A stretch of 64,000 nucleotides of DNA from Amoebidium appalachense (lineage: Eukaryota; Protista; Ichthyosporea), in the NCBI GenBank assembly GCA_963693365.1, contig CAVNZM010000011.1:8958664-9022663 (forward strand), written 5' to 3'. How positions within the stretch are numbered: position 1 is the first letter of the stretch; the number at the start of each line of letters is the position of its first letter. Shown piece by piece: positions 27,252 through 47,786 of the stretch. Both the position numbers and the translations under genes were made by a program. Below the pieces are notes generated by a model. That model searched no databases and was not told the origin of the DNA. It saw nothing but the letters and a program-made list of their open reading frames with translations.

Positions 27252-27605
27252 TAAATGTTGGTATCAGCTAGGTACTGTAGCTAGCTTAAAGCTCGGTGGA
27301 TTGTTTACTGAATATCTTTGCCAAATTTTAAATTAAGTTAATGCACTTGATTGGCCTACGTAGGTGCTGAGCGCCTAAGTATGCCACGGACATTCAGTGT
27401 TCGTTAGTGTTGTTTCTTTAACTTTGCCCCCAATATCTTCTGAGGTAAGTGTACAACAGAACCGAGCAGGCTGGCACTGTTACGGAAAGATAATATGAAA
27501 AAACACTGAGTAAATAATAATAAAAAACCCTTAAACGGAAAGATAATATGAAAAAACACTGAGTAAAAAATAAAAACCCTTAAACATAAATAAACAATTA
27601 CTTGA

Positions 27606-27694
<89 letters not shown>

Positions 27695-27835
27695 TGTGTG
27701 TGTGTGTGTGTGTCTGCATGCGCTTGTATGAGCGTGTGTGCGTGGTGTGCATGTCTGCTGTGTGCGTTTGTTTCATTTTGTTTGTTTGTTTGTTTTGTTT
27801 GTGTGCATATGCCGGTGTGTGTGTGTGCGGTTGAT

Positions 27836-27873
<38 letters not shown>

Positions 27874-28126
27874 GGATCATTGAAAAAAAATACAAGCAAT
27901 ACTTATGTATTGTTCAATTTTTGTCTCACCTATTTGCAAACGGTATGCATGCCCAATTTCATGACCACGGTGCTTCTAACTTGAATCAGGCGTGGCTACG
28001 CTCTGGCCAACACACACTGTGCTATCGCAAAGCAACACAGGATCTCGCTGTGCACGGCCGCTATCGCAATGCCATTCCCCCCCCCCCCCCCCTCCCCCCT
28101 CCCCCGGACCCCCTCCCCCCCCCCCC

Positions 28127-28161
<35 letters not shown>

Positions 28162-28325
28162 CAAAAAAAAAAAAAAAAAAAAAAAAAGAAACTTTGAAAA
28201 AACACCACGTCCAATATATACCTCCACCTGCCCCACCCTAGCATACGTGCCCAGGGGCTAGGGGGCCCCCTGCCCCCCCCCCCCCCCCCCCCCTCCCCCC
28301 ACGCCCTTGGAGAAGGGGGGGAAGA

Positions 28326-28358
<33 letters not shown>

Positions 28359-28694
28359 GGATCGTAAAGATTAGAGAATGAAACTCACGGCCGAAAAACC
28401 GTGTGATTCTAGACCCAACCCTCAATATACCTGTTATTGTTAAAGTGAGTGGCCCGTGTGCCTGCTTATGTGCACTATTAACCACCGCCTTGCATACCAC
28501 ACTCATGTCACCCCTCCCACGCACTCTATCTGCCACCACAAATACTAGAATTCCCATATCTAGCAACATCTTAGTCAAACCGATGAGAGTCCGTGTTTAG
28601 ATATATACCATTGAATATCGGACTCTAATCGCGCTTTGTGTCTTGGAAGGGTGTGTGTGAGTGTGGGTGTGCAGAACCCCTGAAGGGTCACCGT

Positions 28695-28850
28695 GCAAGT
28701 TGCATATATTTGCATCATGATGTTTGCATATACTTGTATAGATTATGCGGCATATATTTGCATATATTTGCATAAACTATGCGGAGTATTTGCATACATT
28801 TGCATACATTTGCATGTATTTTCATATATTTGCATGTATTTACAACTTGC
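28695..28850. mobile_element. MITE-like element with an internal ATTTGCAT array
   Basis: Imperfect TIR gcaagttgcatata / tatttacaacttgc, with ~10-bp period atttgcata(t/c) repeats inside. Confidence 0.5.
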
Positions 28851-29289
28851 GGATCCCCCTCTTGTGAAGTGCTTTAGTTAGAATAGCTAATCCAATACAT
28901 TCATAGATATGCACAGCGGTGGTGCGGCCGCGGGCCGATGGAGGGGGGGGGGGGGGGGGGGGGGGTAGGGGGGAGGGGGGAAGAGGGGAGGGTGGAAGCG
29001 AGAGAGGGGGAAGGGAGAGGGAGGGGGGGGGGGGGGAGGGGAGGGGGGAGGAGAGAGGGGGGGAACTTCAGGGGGGGGAAAGGGAGGGGAGTTTGGAAGG
29101 AGGGAGCTTAACTTGATAAGGTGCCGGTGGCCTAGTTGCTAATGAGGCAGTTGAAAGTAATGCTGTGTGCGTGCGTGCATGTGTGTGTGTGTGTGTGTGC
29201 ATGTCAGTGTGTGTCTATGTGCGCGCGCACCCGCGTGCGTGCGTAATGTGTTTCATTTTGGGGCCAGGGGAGGGTTGGTTTTTTTTTTT

Positions 29290-29332
<43 letters not shown>

Positions 29333-30004
29333 GGGGGGGGATAATAGGGTCAAGGGAAGATTCTTGACAGTGCACATTGCCGAGATTTCCCTATGATGTC
29401 GTAGTGGGAATTCACTAAGTGTGTTTTCAGTGTGTTCATAGTCCCCGCCATATTCTCTGTTGTCAATATGGCACACCGTTGTTTCATACGACGGAACCTC
29501 ACTCACACCTGATTGGACAAAACACGATCCGATAACGGGGGGGAGGGGGGGGGGGGGGGGGGGGGGGGACGGTTCGATCCCCAAGCGATATACTAAGGGC
29601 CATTAGGCCCCTATTGCAGGGGGGGGGGGGGGGGGGGGGGAGGAAGGGCGGTAGTCCCCCCATCTGGGGCTCAGACACACATAGGGCTTTTGTTTTGGGT
29701 TTATGTTTTTGCTTTGTGATAAATTATCAGGTATTGTGGTTTTTAGCAGCCGTGCCATGATGTGAGGGGCCTCCTTATACCTAGGGGCCTCAGTCGTACG
29801 GACATATCGTGAGGCTCAATATTGCATTCAATGAAAAACATGTAAAACGAATACTGGTTTTTGAACAACAATATTAATATGACGTAGAAGAAGTGTGAAC
29901 GACTTGCCAAACCGTTCAAGTGGTTAACTAAATCACACGCCAATTATGGGCAGGTTTCTTGCCCAAGGGTGAAAATGGGAAAGCCCCCCCCCCCCCCCCC
30001 CCAT

Positions 30005-30035
<31 letters not shown>

Positions 30036-30366
30036 CCTCTTCTGCTACGAAAAACAGAAAAGAAAAAAGGAAAAGAAAAAAGAAAAAGAAAACAGGAAAA
30101 TAATAGAAGCCGGGTGATTGGGGAAAATTCATACCGTGAAAAGTGAAGAAGAAAGAAAGCAACGGAATTAAAGAACAAAAGAACAAAAATGACCCCTCTA
30201 GCAACGATGCGATTATGCAATAAATCATTCGTTTTCTCCTGCCGTGTGATGCAACTGTGGAAAACCAACTTAGTAACAAACTATTAGAAACAGATTAAAA
30301 AATCTCAGTTCAAACATATCAAATCCCCTTTCTATTCTATCCTGGGGAGCGATACTAACACTTGAA

Positions 30367-38073
<7,707 letters not shown>

Positions 38074-38937
38074 TTTTTCCTGGTTGCTGTGAACGAAGCG
38101 ACGAAGAAGTTGTTGTATTAGATAGCTCTGAAATTGGTTATGTAAAACCTATGTGTGTAGAACTATACCATCTCTGTCTCCGTCTCAACTCCTTCTTTTT
38201 TCTCTCCGAAAATTAAATCAACACTGAGAAAAGAGGCGTCAGGGTAAAAGTGATTTTCAACTCGCACAACTCACGGCACACACAAAGCTCACCCACACTA
38301 GCTAATATGTGCTATGACAGAAGATAATCTCGCATGTTTCTTAGTAAAATAAATGTACGTATGTATACTTTCTCTTACTAGAATTTCTAACGGAGGTATA
38401 GTCACACGCTGAAAAAATACAACAAAAAACACTCACTCGTCAACACAAAACGCTTGTTTTGGAGAGCAACCAGGGCTACAAACAGGGCTACACATTATGC
38501 ATTGTGGAAGATGAGTTTGGCTAATTTTCAGCCGGTTGAATGTGACATCGAGTATGAATTGGGCCAAAAAACCCGTTTTACTGCTCCTTTATTACAGTGA
38601 TAAATTTAGAATTCACACCCTAAAATGTGTTTGCGCAATCTCATATCTTATTGGCTATGCCCGCATCACAGATTCGACGCACGCTATGATTGGATGTCAG
38701 CGCATCTTGGATCTGACGCATTTTGGCGCGGACTTCATAAAATTTGAGTATTTGAGTTGTATGTGTCCTTAAAAAGTATATTACCAGAGGACTGTATACA
38801 TATTGGACATGCGTATGTGTGGGATTTTTAGTTTGTTGTGTGCGTGACTGTGTACATGTGTTTCTACTATGTACATGTTCTACTATGCATGTGTGTGTGT
38901 GTGGACAACTTGAACGTGTGTTTTTGTGTGTGTGCGC

Positions 38938-38997
<60 letters not shown>

Positions 38998-39005
38998 CGT
39001 GCGTG

Positions 39006-39040
<35 letters not shown>

Positions 39041-39594
39041 ACACGGTGTGCCGCGGTGTGTGTGTGTGTGTGTGTGTGTGTGTACACCTGTGTGTGCGCG
39101 TGCGTATGTGTTTCTGTGTGTGTGTTTCTGTGTGTGCGTGTGTGTGTGTGTATGCGCGCGCACGCGTTTCTTTTGAGAAAGGGGTGAGGGGAGAGGAGGG
39201 GGTTGAGCCCCCTGCAGAGCCTGGGGGACGCGAGGGAGGGAGGGCGCCCCGGGGAGGCTGGGGGGTGTGTGTGGGGGGTAAGTACTCGAGACAAAAAGCA
39301 ACGATATCATTAATTCTTGGCATAATAATAAAGCCACCGTCAAGTGCAATCATAACATAATAATCATCGGTATGTACATGTATATGGGATATATTTGGAA
39401 AAAAAGAACTCCACCAAACTGGCCCTAGTAAATACGTAAGGTCCAAATACATATGCGGTTTTAATTTTCAGCTAATCATAATGATTTGGAATTAAGGATA
39501 GTTAACTGTTGAAGGTGGCGTCATGAGATGCCCCCCCCCCCCCTCGCTCAATTTGCACCTCTCTCTCTCTCTCCCCCCCCCCCCCCCTCTCTTG

Positions 39595-39684
<90 letters not shown>

Positions 39685-39688
39685 TTTT

Positions 39689-39736
<48 letters not shown>

Positions 39737-40295
39737 GGGGGGGGAGGCTAGCGCTGTCCATGTATCCATGTTTATATGCAACGTTGGGTAAAGACAGCTA
39801 ACACTGGGGACTATAATATGTCGTTATATATGCGACAAAAGGGCATAATATAAGCCCTCGGTATGTACACCAAGGAGACAAAGTTATCGTCTGGATTCGA
39901 CCGCAAAGTTCTTCTTCTATGTTCACAGCAGCAGTAGAAAGGTAGTCACCAAAAGAAAAAAAAAAAAAAGAAAAAAGAAAAAAAAGGAAGAAAAAACCTG
40001 CCTCGTACATTACCAAAAAAAAAAAAAAAAAAAAAAAAAAGGCGTGATGAAAAACAATGATCACATATCTCTCGGTTACAACAGTCAAAAGCCCCACAGA
40101 GATGGGGGGGGGGGGGGGGGGGGGGGGGGGGGTGGAGGGGGGAGAGGGAGAGAGAAAGAGAGGAAGGGGGGGGGGAGGGGGGAAGGTTTCATTCACACCT
40201 ATGATAGAACCTGAGCTCTAATAATTCATGATCAGCAACCAATCAAACAACTGCAACCAATAAATCAAATCTAATAAACCAATGAAAACGATCCT

Positions 40296-40388
40296 TTAGG
40301 ATTCCAGCAGGCGTTCATCGTCCTCTTCCACACTGTCGATGCTTCCCTCCTCCACAAGACCACTGACGTCCGCCTGAACAGAGAGGGG

Positions 40389-40426
<38 letters not shown>

Positions 40427-40460
40427 GCGTGCGTGCATGCGTGTGTGCGTGCGTGCGTGC

Positions 40461-40558
<98 letters not shown>

Positions 40559-40771
40559 CAGAGTGTTTCTGTGTGTGCGTACGTGTGTGTATGAGTGTGC
40601 GAAGAGGAGGGTGGATGATATTGTGTGTGTCTGGGGGGGGGGGGGGTTTAAAAACGTGTTACAGAGTGCAAAGCGCACATTCACAACGAACAACACAAAG
40701 CAGATTTGCATGAAGGAGCGCAAACGAGCAGTATGTATGCATCCGAGGTATAGCCCAACCACAGGTAGAAA

Positions 40772-40812
<41 letters not shown>

Positions 40813-40890
40813 GGGGGGGCCATGGAGCGGGGGGAGCGAATCAGGGGTCGAGCATTCCCCCCATTATGCTGGAGGAAGACGGGGGAGGGA

Positions 40891-40921
<31 letters not shown>

Positions 40922-42268
40922 TGATATATGCGTTGAAGGGTTGGAGAGGGGGGGGGGGGGGGGGGGGGGGGTTTGAATGCGGAACACAGTACGAAGTACG
41001 CATACACGATGAGAAGCATGGTGCAGGACACATGCAAAGGCAAACATTCAACTATGCAGCATCAGCCATGCGCACAGTATGCGTCATAAGCAGAGCCCAT
41101 CCTCAGGGAGGGCCCAAGTCATCAATTGCGTCTGAGTTTCGACCCCTTAGCCCGCGTATATACGACGCTCCAACTCAGACAGCAGCATCAACTGAACTTG
41201 GGTGGGTCAACCCGTCTTGATCAAAGACGAGCAGGGTTGCTTATGCAAGCAAGGTGAGCAAAACGGTGAAGATGTGTGTGCAAACTAATGCAGTGCAGCG
41301 ACAAACGCGTGTGCTTACAGATGCACGACACAGAGCAACCATGCCCGGTTGCATGGAAGTAAAGATGTCTCCACACAGTGGTCTGTCCTGAAAGGACACC
41401 TCTGAAAGAAGACAGGGGGGGTTTGAATGCGGAACACAGTACGAAGTACGCATACACGATGAGAAGCATGGTGCAGGACACATGCAAAGGCAAACATTCA
41501 ACTATGCAGCATCAGCCATGCGCACAGTATGCGTCATAAGCAGAGCCCATCCTCAGGGAGGGCCCAAGTCATCAATTGCGTCTGAGTTTCGACCCCTTAG
41601 CCCGCGTATATACGACGCTCCAACTCAGACAGCAGCATCAACTGAACTTGGGTGGGTCAACCCGTCTTGATCAAAGACGAGCAGGGTTGCTTATGCAAGC
41701 AAGGTGAGCAAAACGGTGAAGATGTGTGTGCAAACTAATGCAGTGCAGCGACAAACGCGTGTGCTTACAGATGCACGACACAGAGCAACCATGCCCGGTT
41801 GCATGGAAGTAAAGATGTCTCCACACAGTGGTCTGTCCTGAAAGGACACCTCTGAAAGAAGACAGGGGGGGTTTGAATGCGGAACACAGTACGAAGTACG
41901 CATACACGATGAGAAGCATGGTGCAGGACACATGCAAAGGCAAACATTCAACTATGCAGCATCAGCCATGCGCACAGTATGCGTCATAAGCAGAGCCCAT
42001 CCTCAGGGAGGGCCCAAGTCATCAATTGCGTCTGAGTTTCGACCCCTTAGCCCGCGTATATACGACGCTCCAACTCAGACAGCAGCATCAACTGAACTTG
42101 GGTGGGTCAACCCGTCTTGATCAAAGACGAGCAGGGTTGCTTATGCAAGCAAGGTGAGCAAAACGGTGAAGATGTGTGTGCAAACTAATGCAGTGCAGCG
42201 ACAAACGCGTGTGCTTACAGATGCACGACACAGAGCAACCATGCCCGGTTGCATGGAAGTAAAGATGT

Positions 42269-42315
<47 letters not shown>

Positions 42316-42440
42316 TATTGCTATAGAATACGAAGTACACATCCATGAACGAAGCAACACCATGCAGAGTTCAAACCACATACAAAATGTGCAAATAAAA
42401 CAAAGTCTGCAAATAAAACAAGCCTATCTTCGCGGGGGCG

Positions 42441-42494
<54 letters not shown>

Positions 42495-42758
42495 CGGGCA
42501 AGTCATGCATGGTACCCCCGTTCCTTTTTCGGGAGGTTTTATGGCTTGTATAAGCCAGTTGTAGGCATGTGATGGTGCATGTGTGTGTTTCATTGTGTTC
42601 GTGCATGCACGGGTGTGTGTGTGTTGTATGGTATTTGCACCCACGTGTGTGTGTGTGGACGAATGTACGGGTGTGTAGGGGTGTGTGTGCAAACGTGCAG
42701 GCATGTGTGCCCCAGTTAGAACAAGTGGTTGTGTGTGGTTGTGTGTGGTTGTGTGTGG

Positions 42759-42821
<63 letters not shown>

Positions 42822-43354
42822 TCGGTGTGCATGTGTGAGTGCATGCGTTGCATGTGTGTGTGTGTATGTGTGTGTGCGTGTGTGTGTGCGTGCGTGCGTG
42901 CGTGTGTGTGCGTGCGTGCGTGTGTGTGTGTATGACCACATACCCTCTGGTGGCCCATCCTTGCTCTCACCCAATCACCAACCTCAGTCAATGACGCCTG
43001 TCAATGAACCCCAAAATGTCAGCACCTGCATGTAAGACCTCCCCCCCCCTCCCCCGGCCTCCGCGTCCCCCAAACCCCCTCCCTCTACCCTCCCCCCTCC
43101 CTCCCACCCCCCCCGCAAAAAAAAAAGAAGAACCTCCTCTCTCTCTCCCTCTCACTCTCTTTCTGTTGCTCTTTCTCTCTCTCTTTCTTTCTCTCTTTCT
43201 CCCCCCTCCCTATCCCCCCTCCCCCCCCTCCCTCCCTCCCCCCCCCCCCCCCCCCCTCCCTCCCTCCCTCTCTCTCTCTCCTCCCTAATCCTCCCCGAAT
43301 TGCAGACACACACACAGGTACTCCCACAAACAGGTACTCCTACACACGTACACA

Positions 43355-43424
<70 letters not shown>

Positions 43425-43746
43425 CACCCACACACCCACACACACCTTAGCCCTGTCACCCATATCCATCCACAAGAGATAGTTTGGTATTTGCTCCACC
43501 CCCCTCATCCCAAGCACCAGTCGGTTGTAGGCCACACCACCAAGAAGATAGATAAGCGCCAAAACTAGAATGCTGTGTGGAAAGAAAAAAGTGTAAGAAC
43601 ATAGTTTCCCCCCCGCGTGACCGTGACACAGGCACACCCACACACACAAGTATACACGCACAAGCACACACGCACACCCCCCCGAGAATGCTGTGTGGAA
43701 CGAGGAAAGAGTAAGAGCGTCTCTTCCTACTATTCTGCCCCTTATC

Positions 43747-43822
<76 letters not shown>

Positions 43823-44758
43823 CACATGCACACACCGTCACCTGTATACGCTCGTGCCCTGTCCCTCTCCCTTTCCTCCCTCCCTCCCCTCCTCCCCCAC
43901 GGCCCCCCCCCCTCCCGTTGCTTTTCCTCCTCCCGTCATATATCCCCCCCAAAAAACCGAACCTATAACAATTGTGCAGAGAGAAAACACTTTAACATGG
44001 CCTTGTCAGACGTGCACTTCAAGAAAATGTTTTTCTTTCATTCATTCATTTTTTTTTCTTTGGAGGGAGAGAGGGGAGGCGGGGGAGGGGAGGGGAAGGG
44101 GAGGGGGGGGGGGGTTTGAATGCGTCAAAAAGTACGAAGTACACAAGAACAAACGGATAACACGATGCAGAATGCAAGCCATACATAAAGAGTATGCATA
44201 ATAAGCAGAGCCCATCCTCAGGGGGGGCCCACGTCATCCACAGTACCCGAGTTTCGACCTATTCCCCTCGTTAACGAAACCCAACTCAGATACTGTTTCA
44301 CTTGAACATGAGTAGGTCACCCGTCTTGATCAGAGACGAGCAGGGTTGCTTATGCAGGCAAGGGCAGTGGGAAAGGCCGGGGGTTAAAGTTGCAGCAGTA
44401 AGCAGAAGCAAGAAAAATATAGATAGGAACTCAGGAGACGGGGCTTCTAGGAAGCTCCCCCGTCGATACCTAAGTCGATACTTCCCTGGCTAACATACTA
44501 CACCAGCTGAAAAGAATTAAGTCCCGAAGGCCGCAGAATTCGTAATCAGAGGGGAAAATATGAGATTTGACCCACGCCGCAGGGTAGTAACACGCTTACT
44601 AGGGCGGAACTTTATCGTCTTCGAACGGAAAGCTATGCCCCCGGATGTCAGCCGGAAATATGGTATCACCCATTGCTTTGGGCTTGGGGGGGGGGGGGGG
44701 AGGGGAGGTTACGAATGTGATATAGAGAACCAAGTACATAATCCCTTTTTTTTTTTTT

Positions 44759-44830
<72 letters not shown>

Positions 44831-45066
44831 GGATGAGGGATACAAACATGATCAGAAATACGGAGCCAGCCCCCATTCCGTTGTTTGGGTTTTCGATCGG
44901 ACAGGCAGCGGGGGTGAGCCACTCAAAATAGTAGGTGCAATTGTCCTCACGCATAAGCGTGGGGGGGTTGTCCTGAAATTTCGAAATTAGCGGGGGGAGG
45001 GGGGGGGGGGGGTTTCAGGGTTGATCATTAGAAGGGAAGGGGACAGGGGTTGTCCTTAAAACGCAA

Positions 45067-45135
<69 letters not shown>

Positions 45136-45683
45136 TTTATTTTTATTTTTATTTTATTTTTTTGGGAGGGGGGGTAAGCGGTATGGGTGGGGAAGGTAAT
45201 TCGTCTTCTGAGAGCAAGAAGGTTTGAAAAACGTATGCATTGGAGGGTTGGAGATCTGAAGGAGACACCAAGGGAAAATATTTAAACCGTCATAGAAAAT
45301 ACAAAACCGGGAACCAAACCATAAAATGGAATAAATAAACCGTGCAGGCAGGGAAAAACTTGAAACATAGCCCATCATCGGTGGGGAAGTCTGTGTGTTT
45401 GGGGGGGGGGAGGGGGGAGGGGAGGGAGGGGGGAGGGGGGGAGGGGGGGGGGACCACATAAAGGTAGTATCAACCAAGATCAAAGTCGAACATACACAAA
45501 ATAAAACGTAAGGGTTATAAAGCGGAAAAAATCGGTTTGAGCACGAAAGGAAAACGTGAACGTACGATTGGTTTTGAGCGTTTGCACACGAAAGAGATGA
45601 CAGACTGACGGCTGGTGTTTGCTCGGTTGCAGTGGTCTCCCTCTGTGTAGACGAGCTTGAGAGATTCGTCTGTGTGTGTGTGT

Positions 45684-45728
<45 letters not shown>

Positions 45729-45989
45729 GAATGTGTCAGAAAGTACGAAGTACACATGAACAACGGATAACACGATGCAGAGTGCAAACCATACATAAAG
45801 AGTATGTATAATAAGCAGTGCACATCCTCAGAGGGGCCCCACGTCATCCACACGGGGGGGGGGGGGGGGGGGGGGGGGGAGGGGGGAGGGGAGAGGTTGG
45901 GTGGGGAGGGGGGGGGGGGGGGGGGGAGAACGAGTGTGTATGTGGGGAGTGCGGGTTAAAGGTGTGTGTGTATGGTGGGGTGAGTTGGG

Positions 45990-46050
<61 letters not shown>

Positions 46051-46494
46051 TGGGCGGGTGGGTGGTGTTTGTGTGCGTGTGTGTACGTTTGGGGGAGGGG
46101 AGGGGGGGGGGGGGGGGGGGGGGGGGGGATGTATGCGTTAGAGGGTTGGAAATATGGAGGAGACAACAACGAGCATCAACAAAACGTCACAAAAGTGGGA
46201 ATCCAAAATGCGGGGGGGGGGGGGGGGGGGGGGGGGAGAACGAGTGGGTGGGTGGTGTGTGTGCATGCGGGAAGGGCGGGGGGGGGGGGGGGGGGGGGGG
46301 GGGGAAGGGATGGGTAGGTGGGTGGGTGGGGTGTGTGTGTGTTTGTGTGTGTGTGCGCGCGCGTGTGTGTTTGCCGGGCGGGGGGAGGGGGGGGGGGGGG
46401 GGGGGGGTTCGGGAAGGGGGGAGGGTGGCGTGGGAGTGTCTTCTGTTTTGTTTGTGTTTCTGGGTGTGCACATGTGGATGTGTGTGCGGGTAAA

Positions 46495-46536
<42 letters not shown>

Positions 46537-47345
46537 CAATGAATGAAACGAAAGAAAGGAAAGGATAGGGGAAAAACCAAAACACACCAACTGCCGTATT
46601 TCAGCTTCCACACATTACCCTCACCTTCCAACACCCTCACCGTAAACCCTACCACTGCCCACTCCCCCCCCCCCCACCACCACCACCACCTCTTTCCCCC
46701 TCCATCCTCTTCCCCCTCTCCTCCCCCCTCCCCTCCCCCCCCCCCTCCCCCCCAACAATCCCCACCTCCACAAAGAGATCCTTGCCCGTTCCCCTTCCCC
46801 CCTTCTCCCCTGACACCCCCACCTCCCCCCCTTCCCCTTCCCCTCTAAACTCCTCCCTCCCATCCTCCACCCCCCCCCCCCCCCCCCTGGTCACCCACTA
46901 CGGCTCGACCACCCCCACCAACCCCAAACAGACAGGGCCCTCTCACCCCCCTCCCCCCCCCCCCCCCCCTTCCCTCCCTTCCTTCCTCCCCAAACACACA
47001 CACACACACACACGCACAAACCCATCCATCCACCCACCCACCTACAAAACTAAACAAAAATGAACCCTCCCCACCCTCCCTTCCCCCAAGAAAAAACACA
47101 GCGTCACCCTGTGCACCTACCTTCCACCAGAGTAATCTTCCCGGTGGTTGCATCCCCACACTCATACTTTTGGCTCTCGTTCGTCAGCTTTATCTGCCAT
47201 ACCGCTGCATGCTGTTTTGTTTTTTTTTGTTGTTTTTTTTTTGTTGGGGGGGGGGGGGGGGGGTAAGAATGATGAAATACAGATGCACAACAACTAAAAA
47301 AAATGCTGACGGGGGCAAAGGAAATAGATTAGTGGTTCCTTTTTT

Positions 47346-47390
<45 letters not shown>

Positions 47391-47715
47391 GGGGGGGGGG
47401 GGGGGAGGGGAAGATTATCATGCCACAATGGGTTAGTTGTATTCATATAGTAGTAGGGGGGAGGGGGAAGGGAGGGGAGGGAGGGGGGAGGACGGGCCCC
47501 GGGGGGGGGGGGGGGGGGTAGAATCTCGTACAGAGCACGAGGGGGACACACATACCACACGCACGCATACAAACACACACAACAGGGTGAAGGACGAGTA
47601 GAATTATCACGCGGGAGTGTCTCAAACTCTACTACGTAGAATAGGAGTAGAGAGGGTGAAGGACGAGGAGGAATTATCACGCGGGAGTGGCGAGAAACTC
47701 CTTCTCCCCCCCCCC

Positions 47716-47786
<71 letters not shown>

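Noticed and set aside
27239-27255. Telomerase RNA template or true telomere
   Set aside because: Only about two CCCTAAA units, internal, and explained as the end of a small insertion.
29565-29590. tRNA gene suggested by GGTTCGATCCCC
   Set aside because: An isolated B-box-like motif after a G run, with no A box or cloverleaf.
41115-41200. Box C/D snoRNA or kink-turn (TTGATGA with TTGA)
   Set aside because: The geometry fits subfamily A only and is not cleanly retained in the 44.2 kb copy.
40971-42269. Repeated 60-90 aa ORFs in the 450-bp array
   Set aside because: Frames are not preserved in diverged copies, whereas base pairing is, so the constraint appears to be on RNA structure.
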